DNA from: the human T2T-CHM13v2.0 reference genome, Homo sapiens
DNA length: 64,000 bases
NCBI RefSeq assembly: GCF_009914755.1
Contig: NC_060925.1
Strand: one strand, 5' to 3'
The stretch's first letter is position 1. Every line of letters starts with the position of its first letter. A program made the translations under genes and the position numbers. The notes beneath the pieces were generated by a model. The model had not been told where the DNA came from and searched no databases. It saw nothing but the letters and a program-made list of their open reading frames with translations. This document shows, one piece after another, positions 36,401-50,200 of this stretch.

Positions 36401-39400
36401 CGCTTTAAGGTCAACGGCAGAAAAGGAAATATCTTCGTTTCAAAACTAGACAGAATCATTCCCACAAACTGCGTTGTGATGTGTTCGTTCAACTCACAGA
36501 GTTTAACCTTTCTGTTCATAGAGCAGTTAGGAAACACTCTGTTTGTAAAGTCTGTAAGTGGATATTCTGACATCTTGTGGCCTTCGTTGGAAACGGGATT
36601 TCTTCATATTCTGCTAGACAGAAGAATTCTCAGTAACTTCCTTGTGTTGTGTGTATTCAACTCACAGAGTTGAACGATCCTTTACACAGAGCAGACTTGA
36701 AACACTCTTTTTGTGGAATTTGCAATTGGAGATTTCAGCCGCTTTGAGGTCAATAGTAGAAAAGGAAATATCTTCGTAGAAAAACTAGACAGAATGATTC
36801 TCAGAAACTCCTTTGTGATGTGTGTGTTCACCTCACAGAGTTTAACCTTTCTTTTCATAGAGCAGTTAGTAAACACTCTGTTTATAAAGTCTGCAAGTGG
36901 ATATTCAGACCCCTTTGAGGCCTTCGTTGGAAACGGGATTTCTTCATATTATGCTAGACAGAAGAATTCTCAGTAACTTCCTTGTGTTGTGTGTATTCAA
37001 CTGACAGAGTTGAACTTTCATTTGGAGAGAGCAGATTTGAAACACTGTTTTTGTGGAATTTGCAAGTGGAGATTTCAAGCGCTTTGGGGCCAAAGGCAGA
37101 AAAGGAAATATCTTCGTATAAAAACTAGACAGAATCATTCTCAGAAACTGCTGCGTGATGTGTGCGTTCAACTCTCAGAGTTTAACTTTTCTTTTCATTC
37201 AGCGGTTTGGAAACACTGTGTTTGTAAAGTCTGCACGTGGATATTTTGACCACTTAGAGGCCTTCGTTGGAAACGGGTTTTTTTCATGTAAGGCTAGACA
37301 GAAGAATTCCCAGTAACTTCCTTGTGTTGTGTGCATTCAACTCACAGAGTTGAACGTTCCCTTAGACAGAGCAGATTTGAAACACTCTATTTGTGCAATT
37401 TGCAAGTGTAGATTTCAAGCGCTTTATGGTCAACGGCAGAAAAGGAAATATCTTCGTTTCAAAACTAGACAGAATCATTCCCACAAACTGCGTTGTGATG
37501 TGTTCGTTCAACTCACAGAGTTTAACCTTTCTGTTCATAGAGCAGTTAGGAAACACTCTGTTTGTAAAGTCTGTAAGTGGATATTCTGACATCTTGTGGC
37601 CTTCGTTGGAAACGGGATTTCTTCATATTCTGCTAGACAGAAGAATTCTCAGTAACTTCCTTGTGTTGTGTTCATTCAACTCACAGAGTTGAATGATCCT
37701 TTACACAGAGCAGACTTGAAACTCTCTTTTTGTGGAATTTGCAAGTGGAGATTTCAGCCGCTTTGAGGTCAATGGTAGAAAAGCAAATATCTTCGTATAA
37801 AGACTAGACAGAATGATTCTCAGAAACTCCTTTGTGATGTGTGCGTTCAACTCACAGAGTTTAACCTTTCTGTTCATAGAGCAGTTAGGAAACACTCTGT
37901 TTGTAAAGTCTGCAAGTGGATATTCAGACCTCCTTGAGGCCTTCGTTGGAAACGGGATTTCTTCATATTCTGCTAGACAGAAGAATTCTCAGTAACTTCC
38001 TTGTGTTGTGTGTATTCAACTCACAGAGTTGAACGATCCTTTACACAGAGCAGACTTGAAACACTCTTTTTGTGGAATTTGCAAGTGGAGATTTCAGCCG
38101 CTTTGAGGTCAATGGTAGAAAAGGAAATATCTTCGTATAAAGACTAGACAGAATGATTCTCAGAAACTCCTTTGTGATGTGTGCGTTCAACTCACAGAGT
38201 TTAACTTTTCTTTTCATAGAGCCGTTAGGAAACACTCTGTTTGTAAAGTCTGCAAGTGGATATTCAGACCTCTTTGAGGCCTTCGTTGGAAACGGGATTT
38301 CTTCATATTATGCTAGACAGAAGAATTCTCAGTAACTTCCTTGTGTTGTGTGTATTCAGCTGACAGAGTTGAACTTTGATTTAGAGAGAGCAGATTTGAA
38401 ACACTGTTTTTGTGTAATTTGCAATTGGAGATTTCAAGCGCTTTGGGGCCAAACGCAGAAAAGGAAATATCTTCGTATAAAAACTAGACAGAATCATTCT
38501 CAGAAACTGCTGCGTGATGTGTGCGTTCAACTCTCAGAGTTTAACTTTTCTTTTCATTCAGCGGTTTGGAAACACTCTGTTTGTAAAGTCTGCAAGTGGA
38601 TATTTTGACCACTTAGAGGCCTTCGTTGGAAACGGGTTTTTTTCATGTAAGGCTAGACAGAAGAATTCCCAGTAACTTCCTTGTGTTGTGTGCATTCAAC
38701 TCACAGAGTTGAACGTTCCCTTAGACAGAGCAGATTTGAAACACTCTATTTGTGCAATTTGCAAGTGTAGATTTCAAGCGCTTTAAGGTCAATGGCAGAA
38801 AAGGAAATGTCTTCGTTTCAAAACTAGACAGAATCATTCCCACAAACTGCGTTGTGACGTGTTCGTTCAACTCACAGAGTTTAACCTTTCTGTTCATAGA
38901 GCAGTTAGGAAACACTCTGTTTGTAAAGTCTGCAAGTGGATATTCAGACCTCCTTGAGGCCTTCGTTGGAAACGGGATTTCTTCATATTATGCTAGACAG
39001 AATAATTCTCAGTAACTTCCTTGTGTTGTGTGTATTCAACTCACAGAGTTGAAGGATCCTTTACAGAGAGCAGGCTTGAAACACTCTTTTTGTCGAATTT
39101 GCAAGTGGAGATTTCAGCCGCTTTGAGGTCAATGGTAGAATAGGAAATATCTTCTTATACAAACTAGACAGAATGATTCTCATGAACTCCTTTGTGATGT
39201 GTGCGTTCAACTCACAGAGTTTAACCTTTGTTTTCATAGAGCAGTTAGGAAACACTCTGTTTGTAAAGTCTGCAAGTGGATATTCAGACCTCCTTGAGGC
39301 CTTCTTTGGAAACGGGATTTCTTCATATTCTGCTAGACAGAAGAATTCTCAGTAACTTCCTTGTGTTGTGTGTATTCAACTCACAGAGTTGAATGATCCT

Positions 39401-42400
39401 TTACACAGAGCAGACTTGAAACACTCTTTTTGTGGAAATTGCAAGTGGAGATTTCAGCCGCTTTGAGGTCAATGGTAGAAAAGTAAATATCTTCGTATAA
39501 AGACTAGACAGAATGATTCTCAGAAACTCCTTTGTGATGTGTGCATTCAACTCACAGAGTTTAACCTTTCTGTTCATAGAGCAGTTAGGAAACACTCTGT
39601 TTGTAAAGTCTGCAAGTGGATATTCAGACCTCCTTGAGGTCTTCGTTGGAAACGGGATTTCTTCATATTCTGCTAGACAGAAGAATTCTCAGTAACTTCC
39701 TTGTGTTGTGTGTATTCAACTCACAGAGTTGAACGATCCTTTACACAGAGCAGACTTGAAACACTGTTTTTGTGGAATTTGCAAGTGGAGATTTCAGCCG
39801 CTTTGAGGTCAATGGTAGAAAAGGAAATATCTTCGTATAAAGACTAGACAGAATGATTCTCAGAAACTCCTTTGTGATGTGTGCGTTCAACTCACAGAGT
39901 TTAACTTTTCTTTTCATAGAGCCGTTAGGAAACACTCTGTTTGTAAAGTCTGCAAGTGGATATTCAGACCTCTTTGAGGCCTTCGTTGGAAACGGGATTT
40001 CTTCATATTATGCTAGACAGAAGAATTCTCAGTAACTTCCTTGTGTTGTGTGTATTCAACTCACAGAATTGAACGATCCTTTACACAGAGCAGACTTGAA
40101 ACATTCTTTTTGTGGAATTTGCAAGTGGAGATTTCAGCCGCTTTGAGGTCAATCGTAGAATAGGAAATATCTTCCTATAGAAACTAGACAGAACGATTCT
40201 CAGAAACTCCTTTGTGATGTGTGCGTACAACTCACAGAGTTTAACCTTTCTTTTCATAGAGCAGTTAGGAAACACTCTGTTTGTAAAGTCTGCAAGTGGA
40301 TATTCAGACCTCTTTGAGGCCTTCGTTGGAAACGGGATTTCTTCATATTCTGCTAGACAGAAGAATTCTCAGTAACTTCCTTGTGTTGTGTGTATTCAAC
40401 TCACAGAGTTGTACGATCCTTTACACAGAGCAGACTTGAAACACTCTTTTTGTGGAATTTGCAAGTGGAGATTTCAGCCGCTTTGAGGTCAATAGTAGAA
40501 AAGGAAATATCTTCGTAGAAAAACTAGACAGAATGATTCTCAGAAACTCCTTTGTGATGTGTGCGTTCAACTCACAGAGTTTAACCTTTCTTTTCATAGA
40601 GCAGTTAGGAAACACTCTGTTTGTAAAGTCTGCAAGTGGATATTCACACCTCTTTGAGGCCTTCGTTGGAAACGGGATTTCTTCATATTCTGCTAGACAG
40701 AATAATTCTCAGTAACTTCCTTGTGTTGTGTGTATTCAACTCACAGAGTTGAAAGATCCTTTACAGAGAGCAGGCTTGAAACACTCTTTTTGTCGAATTT
40801 GCAAGTGGAGATTTCAGCCGCTTTGAGGTCAATGGTAGAATAGGAAATATCTTCTTATAGAAACTAGACAGAATGATTCTCATAAACTCCTTTGTGATGT
40901 GTGCGTTCAACTCACAGAGTTTAACCTTTCTTTTCATAGAGCAGTTAGGAAACACTCTGTTTGTAAAGTCTGCAAGTGGATATTCAGACCTCCTTGAGGC
41001 CTTCGTTGGAAACGGGATTTCTTCATATTCTGCTAGACAGAAGAATTCTCAGTAACTTCCTTGTGTTGTGTTTATTCAACTCACAGAGTTGAATGATCCT
41101 TTACACAGAGCAGACTTGAAACACTCTTTTTGTGGAATTTGCAAGTGGAGATTTCAGCCGCTTTGAGGTCAATGGTAGAAAAGTAAATATCTTCGTATAA
41201 AGACTAGACAGAATGATTCTCAGAAACTCCTTTGTGATGTGTGCGTTCAACTCACAGAGTTTAACCTTTCTGTTCATAGAGCAGTTAGGAAACACTCTGT
41301 TTGTAAAGTCTGCAAGTGGATATTCAGACCTCCTTGAGGCCTTCGTTGGAAACGGGATTTCTTCATATTCTGCTAGACAGAAGAATTCTCAGTAACTTCC
41401 TTGTGTTGTGTGTATTCAACTCACAGAGTTGAACGATCCTTTACACAGAGCAGACTTGAAACACTCTTTTTGTGGAATTTGCAAGTGGAGATTTCAGCCG
41501 CTTTCAGGTCAATAGTAGAAAAGGAAATATCTTCGTAGAAAAACTAGACAGAATGATTCTCAGAAACTCCTTTGTGATGTGTGTGTTCAACTCACAGAGT
41601 TTAACCTTTCTTTTCATAGAGCAGTTAGTAAACACTCTGTTTATAAAGTCTGCAAGTGGATATTCAGACCCCTTTGAGGCCTTCGTTGGAAACGGGATTT
41701 CTTCATATTATGCTAGACAGAAGAATTCTCAGTAACTTCCTTGTGTTGTGTGTATTCAACTGACAGAGTTGAACTTTCATTTAGAGAGAGCAGATTTGAA
41801 ACACTGTTTTTGTGGAATTTGCAAGTGGAGATTTCAAGCGCTTTGGGGCCAAAGGCACAAAAGGAAATATCTTCGTATAAAAACTAGACAGAATCATTCT
41901 CAGAAACTGCTGCGTGATGTGTGCGTTCAACTCTCAGAGTTTAACTTTTCTTTTCATTCAGCGGTTTGGAAACACTCTGTTTGTAAAGTCTGCACGTGGA
42001 AATTTTGACCACTTAGAGGCCTTCGTTGGAAACGGGTTTTTTTCATGTAAGGCTAGACAGAAGAATTCCCAGTAACTTCCTTGTGTTGTGTGCATTCAAC
42101 TCACAGAGTTGAACGTTCCCTTAGACAGAGCAGATTTGAAACACTCTATTTGTGCAATTTGCAAGTGTAGATTTCAAGCGCTTTAAGGTCAATGGCAGAA
42201 AAGGAAATATCTTCGTTTCAAAACTAGACAGAATCATTCCCACAAACTGCGTTGTGATGTGTTCGTTCAACTCACAGAGTTTAACCTTTCTGTTCATAGA
42301 GCAGTTAGGAAACACTCTGTTTGTAAAGTCTGTAAGTGGATATTCTGACATCTTGTGGCCTTCGTTGGAAACGGGATTTCTTCATATTCTGCTAGACAGA

Positions 42401-45400
42401 AGAATTCTCAGTAACTTCCTTGTGTTGTGTGTATTCAACTCACAGAGTTGAACGATCCTTTACACAGAGCAGACTTGAAACACTCTTTTTGTGGAATTTG
42501 CAAGTGGAGATTTCAGCCGCTTTGAGGTCAATGGTAGAAAACGAAACTATCTTCATATAAAGACTAGACAGAATGATTCTAAGAAAATCTTTTGTGATGT
42601 GTGCGTTCAACTCACAGAGTTTAACTTTTCTTCTCATAGAGCAGTTAGGAAACACTCTGTTTGTAAAGTGTGCAAGTGGATATTCAGACCTCTTTGAGGC
42701 CTTCGTTGGAAAAGGGATTTCTTCATATTATGCTAGACAGAATAATTCTCAGTAACTTCCTTGTGTTGTGTGTATTCAACTCACAGAGTTGAAGGATCCT
42801 TTACAGAGAGCAGGCTTGAAACACTCTTTTTGTCGAATTTGCAAGTGGAGATTTCAGCCGCTTTGAGGTCAATGGTAGAATAGGAAATATCTTCTTATAG
42901 AAACTAGACAGAATGATTCTCATAAACTCCTTTGTGATGTGTGCGTTCAACTCACAGAGTTTAACCTTTCTTTTCATAGAGCAGTTAGGAAACACTCTGT
43001 TTGTAAAGTCTGCAAGTGGATATTCAGACCTACTTGAGGCCTTCGTTGGAAACGGGATTTCTTCATATTCTGCTAGACAGAAGAATTCTCAGTAACTTCC
43101 TTGTGTTGTGTTTATTCAACTCACAGAGTTGAATGATCCTTTACACAGAGCAGACTTGAAACTCTCTTTTTGTGGAATTTGCAAGTGGAGATTTCAGCCG
43201 CTTTGAGGTCAATGGTAGAAAAGTAAATATCTTCGTATAAAGACTAGACAGAATGATTCTCAGAAACTCCTTTGTGATGTGTGCGTTCAACTCACAGAGT
43301 TTAACCTTTCTGTTCATAGAGCAGTTAGGAAACACTCTGTTTGTAAAGTCTGCAAGTGGATATTCAGACCTCCTTGAGGCCTTCGTTGGAAACGGGATTT
43401 CTTCATATTCTGCTAGACAGAAGAATTCTCAGTAACTTCCTTCTGTTGTGTGTATTCAACTCACAGAGTTGAACGATCCTTTACACAGAGCAGACTTGAA
43501 ACACTCTTTTTGTGGAATTTGCAAGTGGAGATTTCAGCCGCTTTGAGGTCAATGGTAGAAAAGGAAATATCTTCGTATAAAGACTAGACAGAATGATTCT
43601 CAGAAACTCCTTTGTGATGTGTGCGTTCAACTCACAGAGTTTAACTTTTCTTTTCATAGAGCCGTTAGGAAACACTCTGTTTGTAAAGTCTGCAAGTGGA
43701 TATTCAGACCTCTTTGAGGCCTTCGTTGGAAACGGGATTTCTTCATATTATGCTAGACAGAAGAATTCTCAGTAACTTCCTTGTGTTGTGTGTATTGAAC
43801 TCACAGAGTTGAACGATCCTTTACACAGAGCAGACTTGAAACATTCTTTTTGTGGAATTTGCAAGTGGAGATTTCAGCCGCTTTGAGGTCAATGGTAGAA
43901 TAGGAAATATCTTCCTATAGAAACTAGACAGAACGATTCTCAGAAACTCCTTTGTGATGTGTGCGTTCAACTCACAGAGTTTAACCTTTCTTTTCATAGA
44001 GCAGTTAGGAAACACTCTGTTTGTAAAGTCTGCAAGTGGATATTCAGACCTCTTTGAGGCCTTCGTTGGAAACGGGATTTCTTCATATTCTGCTAGACAG
44101 AAGAATTCTCAGTAACTTCCTTGTGTTGTGTGTATTCAACTCACAGAGTTGCACGATCCTTTACACAGAGCAGACTTGAAACACTCTTTTTGTGGAATTT
44201 GCAAGTGGAGATTTCAGCCGCTTTGAGGTCAATAGTAGAAAAGGAAATATCTTCATAGAAAAACTACACAGAATGATTCTCAGAAACTCCTTTGTGATGT
44301 GTGTGTTCAACTCACAGAGTTTAACCTTTCTTTTCATAGAACAGTTAGTAAACACTCTGTTTATAAAGTCTGCAAGTGGATATTCAGACCCATTTGAGGC
44401 CTTCGTTGGAAACGGGATTTCTTCATATTATGCTAGACAGAAGAATTCTCAGTAACTTCCTTGTGTTGTGTGTATTCAACTGACAGAGTTGAACTTTCAT
44501 TTAGAGAGAGCAGATTTGAAACACTGTTTTTGTGGAATTTGCAAGTGGAGATTTCAAGCGCTTTGGGGCCAAAGGCAGAAAAGGAAATATCTTCGTATAA
44601 AAACTAGACAGAATCATTCTCAGAAACTGCTGCGTGATGTGTGCGTTCAACTCTCAGAGTTTAACTTTTCTTTTCATTCAGCGGTTTGGAAACACTCTGT
44701 TTGTAAAGTCTGCACGTGGAAATTTTGACCACTTAGAGGCCTTCGTTGGAAACGGGTTTTTTTCATGTAAGGCTAGACAGAAGAATTCCCAGTAACTTCC
44801 TTGTGTTGTGTGCATTCAACTCACAGAGTTGAACGTTCCCTTAGACAGAGCAGATTTGAAACACTCTATTTGTGCAATTTGCAAGTGTAGATTTCAAGCG
44901 CTTTAAGGTCAACGGCAGAAAAGGAAATATCTTCGTTTCAAAACTAGACAGAATCATTCCCACAAACTGCGTTGTGATGTGTTCGTTCAACTCACAGAGT
45001 TTAACCTTTCTGTTCATAGAGCAGTTAGGAAACACTCTGTTTGTAAAGTCTGTAAGTGGATATTCTGACATCTTGTGGCCTTCGTTGGAAACGGGATTTC
45101 TTCATATTCTGCTAGACAGAAGAATTCTCAGTAACTTCCTTGTGTTGTGTGTATTCAACTCACAGAGTTGAACGATCCTTTACACAGAGCAGACTTGAAA
45201 CACTCTTTTTGTGGAATTTGCAATTGGAGATTTCAGCCGCTTTGAGGTCAATAGTAGAAAAGGAAATATCTTCGTAGAAAAACTAGACAGAATGATTCTC
45301 AGAAACTCCTTTGTGATGTGTGTGTTCACCTCACAGAGTTTAACCTTTCTTTTCATAGAGCAGTTAGTAAACACTCTGTTTATAAAGTCTGCAAGTGGAT

Positions 45401-46168
45401 ATTCAGACCCCTTTGAGGCCTTCGTTGGAAACGGGATTTCTTCATATTATGCTAGACAGAAGAATTCTCAGTAACTTCCTTGTGTTGTGTGTATTCAACT
45501 GACAGAGTTGAACTTTCATTTGGAGAGAGCAGATTTGAAACACTGTTTTTGTGGAATTTGCAAGTGGAGATTTCAAGCGCTTTGGGGACAAAGGCAGAAA
45601 AGGAAATATCTTCGTATAAAAACTAGACAGAATCATTCTCAGAAACTGCTGCGTGATATGTGCGTTCAACTCTCAGAGTTTAACTTTTCTTTTCATTCAG
45701 CGGTTTGGAAACACTGTGTTTGTAAAGTCTGCACGTGGATATTTTGACCACTTAGAGGCCTTCGTTGGAAACGGGTTTTTTTCATGTAAGGCTAGACAGA
45801 AGAATTCCCAGTAACTTCCTTGTGTTGTGTGCATTCAACTCACAGAGTTGAACGTTCCCTTAGACAGAGCAGATTTGAAACACTCTATTTGTGCAATTTG
45901 CAAGTGTAGATTTCAAGCGCTTTATGGTCAACGGCAGAAAAGGAAATATCTTCGTTTCAAAACTAGACAGAATCATTCCCACAAACTGCGTTGTGATGTG
46001 TTCGTTCAACTCACAGAGTTTAACCTTTCTGTTCATAGAGCAGTTAGGAAACACTCTGTTTGTAAAGTCTGTAAGTGGATATTCTGACATCTTGTGGCCT
46101 TCGTTGGAAACGGGATTTCTTCATATTCTGCTAGACAGAAGAATTCTCAGTAACTTCCTTGTGTTGTG
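30465..46168 (+). repeat. Two near-tandem copies of an about 8.5-kb macro-repeat (offset 8,498 bp = 25 dimers)
   Basis: About 30465-37670 matches about 38963-46168 in dimer order and rare variants (CATGAAC, CTTCTTTGG, GGAAATTG, AATCGTAG, CTTTCAGG, GGCACAA, TTTGGAGAG, TTTATGGTC). Cassette starts 33225/41723, 35945/44443 and 36964/45462 all differ by 8,498. Confidence 0.87.
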
Positions 46169-47253
46169 TGTATTCAACTCACAGAGTTGAACGATCCTTT
46201 ACACAGAGCAGACTTGAAACACTCTTTTTGTGGAATTTGCAACTGGAGATTTCAGCCGCTTTGAGGTCAAAGGTAGAAAAGGAAACTATCTTCATATAAA
46301 GACTAGACAGAATGATTCTCAGAAAATCTTTTGTGATGTGTGCGTTCAACTCACAGAGTTTAACTTTTCTTCTCATAGAGCAGTTAGGAAACACTCTGTT
46401 TGTAAAGTCTGCAAGTGGATATTCAGACCTCTTTGAGGCCTTCGTTGGAAACGGGATTTCTTCATATTATGCTAGACAGAAGAATTCTCAGTAACTTCCT
46501 TGTGTTGTGTGTATTCAACTCACAGAGTTGAAGGATCCTTTACAGAGAGCAGGCTTGAAACACTCTTTTTGTCGAATTTGCAAGTGGAGATTTCAGCCGC
46601 TTTGAGGTCAATGGTAGAATAGGAAATATCTTCTTATACAAACTAGACAGAATGATTCTCATGAACTCCTTTGTGATGTGTGCGTTCAACTCACAGAGTT
46701 TAACCTTTCTTTTCATAGAGCAGTTAGGAAACACTCTGTTTGTAAAGTCTGCAAGTGGATATTCAGACTTCCTTGAGGCCTTCGTTGGAAACGGGATTTC
46801 TTCATATTCTGCTAGACAGAAGAATTCTCAGTAACTTCCTTGTGTTGTGTTTATTCAACTCACAGAGTTGAATGATCCTTTACACAGAGCAGACTTGAAA
46901 CACTCTTTTTGTGGAAATTGCAAGTGGAGATTTCAGCCGCTTTGAGGTCAATGGTAGAAAAGTAAATATCTTCGTATAAAGACTAGACAGAATGATTCTC
47001 AGAAACTCCTTTGTGATGTGTGCGTTCAACTCACAGAGTTTAACCTTTCTGTTCATAGAGCAGTTAGGAAACACTCTGTTTGTAAAGTCTGCAAGTGGAT
47101 ATACAGACCTCCTTGAGGCCTTCGTTGGAAACGGGATTTCTTCATATTCTGCTAGACAGAAGAATTCTCAGTAACTTCCTTGTGTTGTGTGTATTCAACT
47201 CACAGAGTTGAACGATCCTTTACACAGAGCAGACTTGAAACACTCTTTTTGTG

Positions 47254-50200
47254 GAATTTGCAAGTGGAGATTTCAGCCGCTTTGAGGTCAATGGTAGAAA
47301 AGGAAATATCTTCGTATAAAGACTAGACAGAATGATTCTCAGAAACTCCTTTGTGATGTGTGCGTTCAACTCACAGAGTTTAACTTTTCTTTTCATAGAG
47401 CCGTTAGGAAACACTCTGTTTGTAAAGTCTGCAAGTGGATATTCAGACCTCTTTGAGGCCTTCGTTGGAAACGGGATTTCTTCATATTATGCTAGACAGA
47501 AGAATTCTCAGTAACTTCCTTGTGTTGTGTGTATTCAACTCACAGAATTGAACGATCCTTTACACAGAGCAGACTTGAAACATTCTTTTTGTGGTATTTG
47601 CAAGTGGAGATTTCAGCCGCTTTGAGGTCAATGGTAGAATAGGAAATATCTTCCTATAGAATCTAGACAGAACGATTCTCAGAAACTCCTTTGTGATGTG
47701 TGCGTTCAACTCACAGAGTTTAACCTTTCTTTTCATAGAGCAGTTAGGAAACACTCTGTTTGTAAAGTCTGCAAGTGGATATTCAGACCTCTTTGAGGCC
47801 TTCGTTGGAAACGGGATTTCTTCATATTCTGCTAGACAGAAGAATTCTCAGTAACTTCCTTGTGTTGTGTGTATTCAACTCACAGAGTTGTACGATCCTT
47901 TACACAGAGCAGACTTGAAACACTCTTTTTGTGGAATTTGCAAGTGGAGATTTCAGCCGCTTTGAGGTCAATAGTAGAAAAGGAAATATCTTCGTAAAAA
48001 ACTAGACAGAATGATTCTCAGAAACTCCTTTGTGATGTGTGCGTTCAACTCACAGAGTTTAACCTTTCTTTTCATAGAGCAGTTAGGAAACACTCTGTTT
48101 GTAAAGTCTGCAAGTGGATATTCAGACCTCTTTGAGGCCTTCGTTTGAAACGGGATTTCTTCATATTCTGCTAGACAGAATAATTCTCAGTAACTTCCTT
48201 GTGTTGTGTGTATTCAACTCACAGAGTTGAAAGACCCTTTACAGAGAGCAGGCTTGAAACACTCCTTTTGTCGAATTTGCAAGTGGAGATTTCAGCCGCT
48301 TTGAGGTCAATGGTAGAATAGGAAATATCTTCTTATAGAAACTAGACAGAATGATTCTCATAAACTCCTTTGTGATGTGTGCGTTCAACTCACAGAGTTT
48401 AACCTTTCTTTTCATAGAGCAGTTAGGAAACACTCTGTTTGTAAAGTCTGCAAGTGGATATTCAGACGTCTTTGAGGCCTTCGTTGGAAACGGGATTTCT
48501 TCATATTATGCTAGACAGAATAATTCTCAGTAACTTCCTTGTGTTTTGTGTTTTCAACTCACCGAGTTGAAGGATCCTTTACAGAGAGCAGGCTTGAAAC
48601 ACTCTTTTTGTCGAATTTGCAAGTGGAGATTACAGCCGCTTTGAGGTCAATGGTAGAAAAGGAAATATCTTCGTATAAAGACTAGACAGAATGATTCTCA
48701 TAAACTCCTTTGTGATGTGTGAGTTCAAATCACAGAGTTTAACTTTTCTTTTCATAGAGCAGTTAGGAAACACTCTGTTTCTAAAGTCTGCAAGTGGATA
48801 TTCAGATCTCTTTGAGGCCTTCGTTGGAAACGGGATTTCTTCATATTATGCTAGACAGAATAATTCTCAGTAACTTCCTTGTGTTGTGTGTATTCAACTC
48901 ACAGAGTTGAACGATCCTTTACACAGAGCAGACTTGAAACACTCTTTTTGTGGAATTTGCAAGTGGAGATTTCAGCCGCTTTGAGGTCAATGGTAGAATA
49001 GGAAATATCTTCCTATAGAAACTAGACAGAACGATTCTCAGAAACTCCTTTGTGATGTGTGCGTTGAACTCACAGAGTTTAACCTTTCTTTTCATAGAGC
49101 AGTTAGGAAACACTCTGTTTGTAAAGTCTGCAAGTGGATATTCAGACCTCTTTGAGGCCTTCGTTGGAAACGGGATTTCTTCATATTCTGCTAGACAGAA
49201 GAATTCTCAGTAACTTCCTTGTGTTGTGTGTATTCAACTCACAGAGTTGAACGATCCTTTACACAGAGCAGACTTGAAACACTCTTTTTGTGGAATTTGC
49301 AAGTGGAGATTTCAGCCGCTTTGAGGTCAATAGTAGAAAAGGAAATATCTTCGTAGAAAAACTAGACAGAATGATTCTCAGAAACTCCTTTGTGATGTGT
49401 GTGTTCAACTCACAGAGTTTAACCTTTCTTTTCCTAGAGCAGTTAGTAAACACTCTGTTTATAAAGTCTGCAAGTGGATATTCAGACCCCTTTGAGGCCT
49501 TCGTTGGAAACGGGATTTCTTCATATTATGCTAGACAGAAGAATTCTCAGTAACTTCCTTGTGTTGTGTGTATTCAACTGACAGAGTTGAACTTTCATTT
49601 AGAGAGAGCAGATTTGAAACACTGTTTTTGTGGAATTTGCAAGTGGAGATTTCAAGCGCTTTGGGGCCAAAGGCAGAAAAGGAAATATCTTCGTATAAAA
49701 ACTAGACAGAATCATTCTCAGAAACTGCTGCGTGATGTGTGCGTTCAACTCTCAGAGTTTAACTTTTCTTTTCATTCAGCGGTTTGGAAAAACTCTGTTT
49801 GTAAAGACTGCACGTGGATATTTTGACCACTTAGAGGCCTTCGTTGGAAACGGGTTTTTTTTCATGTAAGGCTAGACAGAAGAATTCCCAGTAACTTCCT
49901 TGTGTTGTGTGCATTCAACTCACAGACTTGAACGTTCCCTTAGACAGAGCAGATTTGAAACACTCTATTTGTGCAATTTGCAAGTGTAGATTTCAAGCGC
50001 TTTAAGGTCAATGGCAGAAAAGGAAATATCTTCGTTTCAAAACTAGACAGAATCATTCCCACAAACTGCGTTGTGATGTGTTCGTTCAACTCACAGAGTT
50101 TTACCTTTCTGTTCATAGAACAGTTAGGAAACACTCTGTAAAGTCTGTAAGTGGATATTCTGACATCTTGTGGCCTTCGTTGGAAACGGGATTTCTTCAT

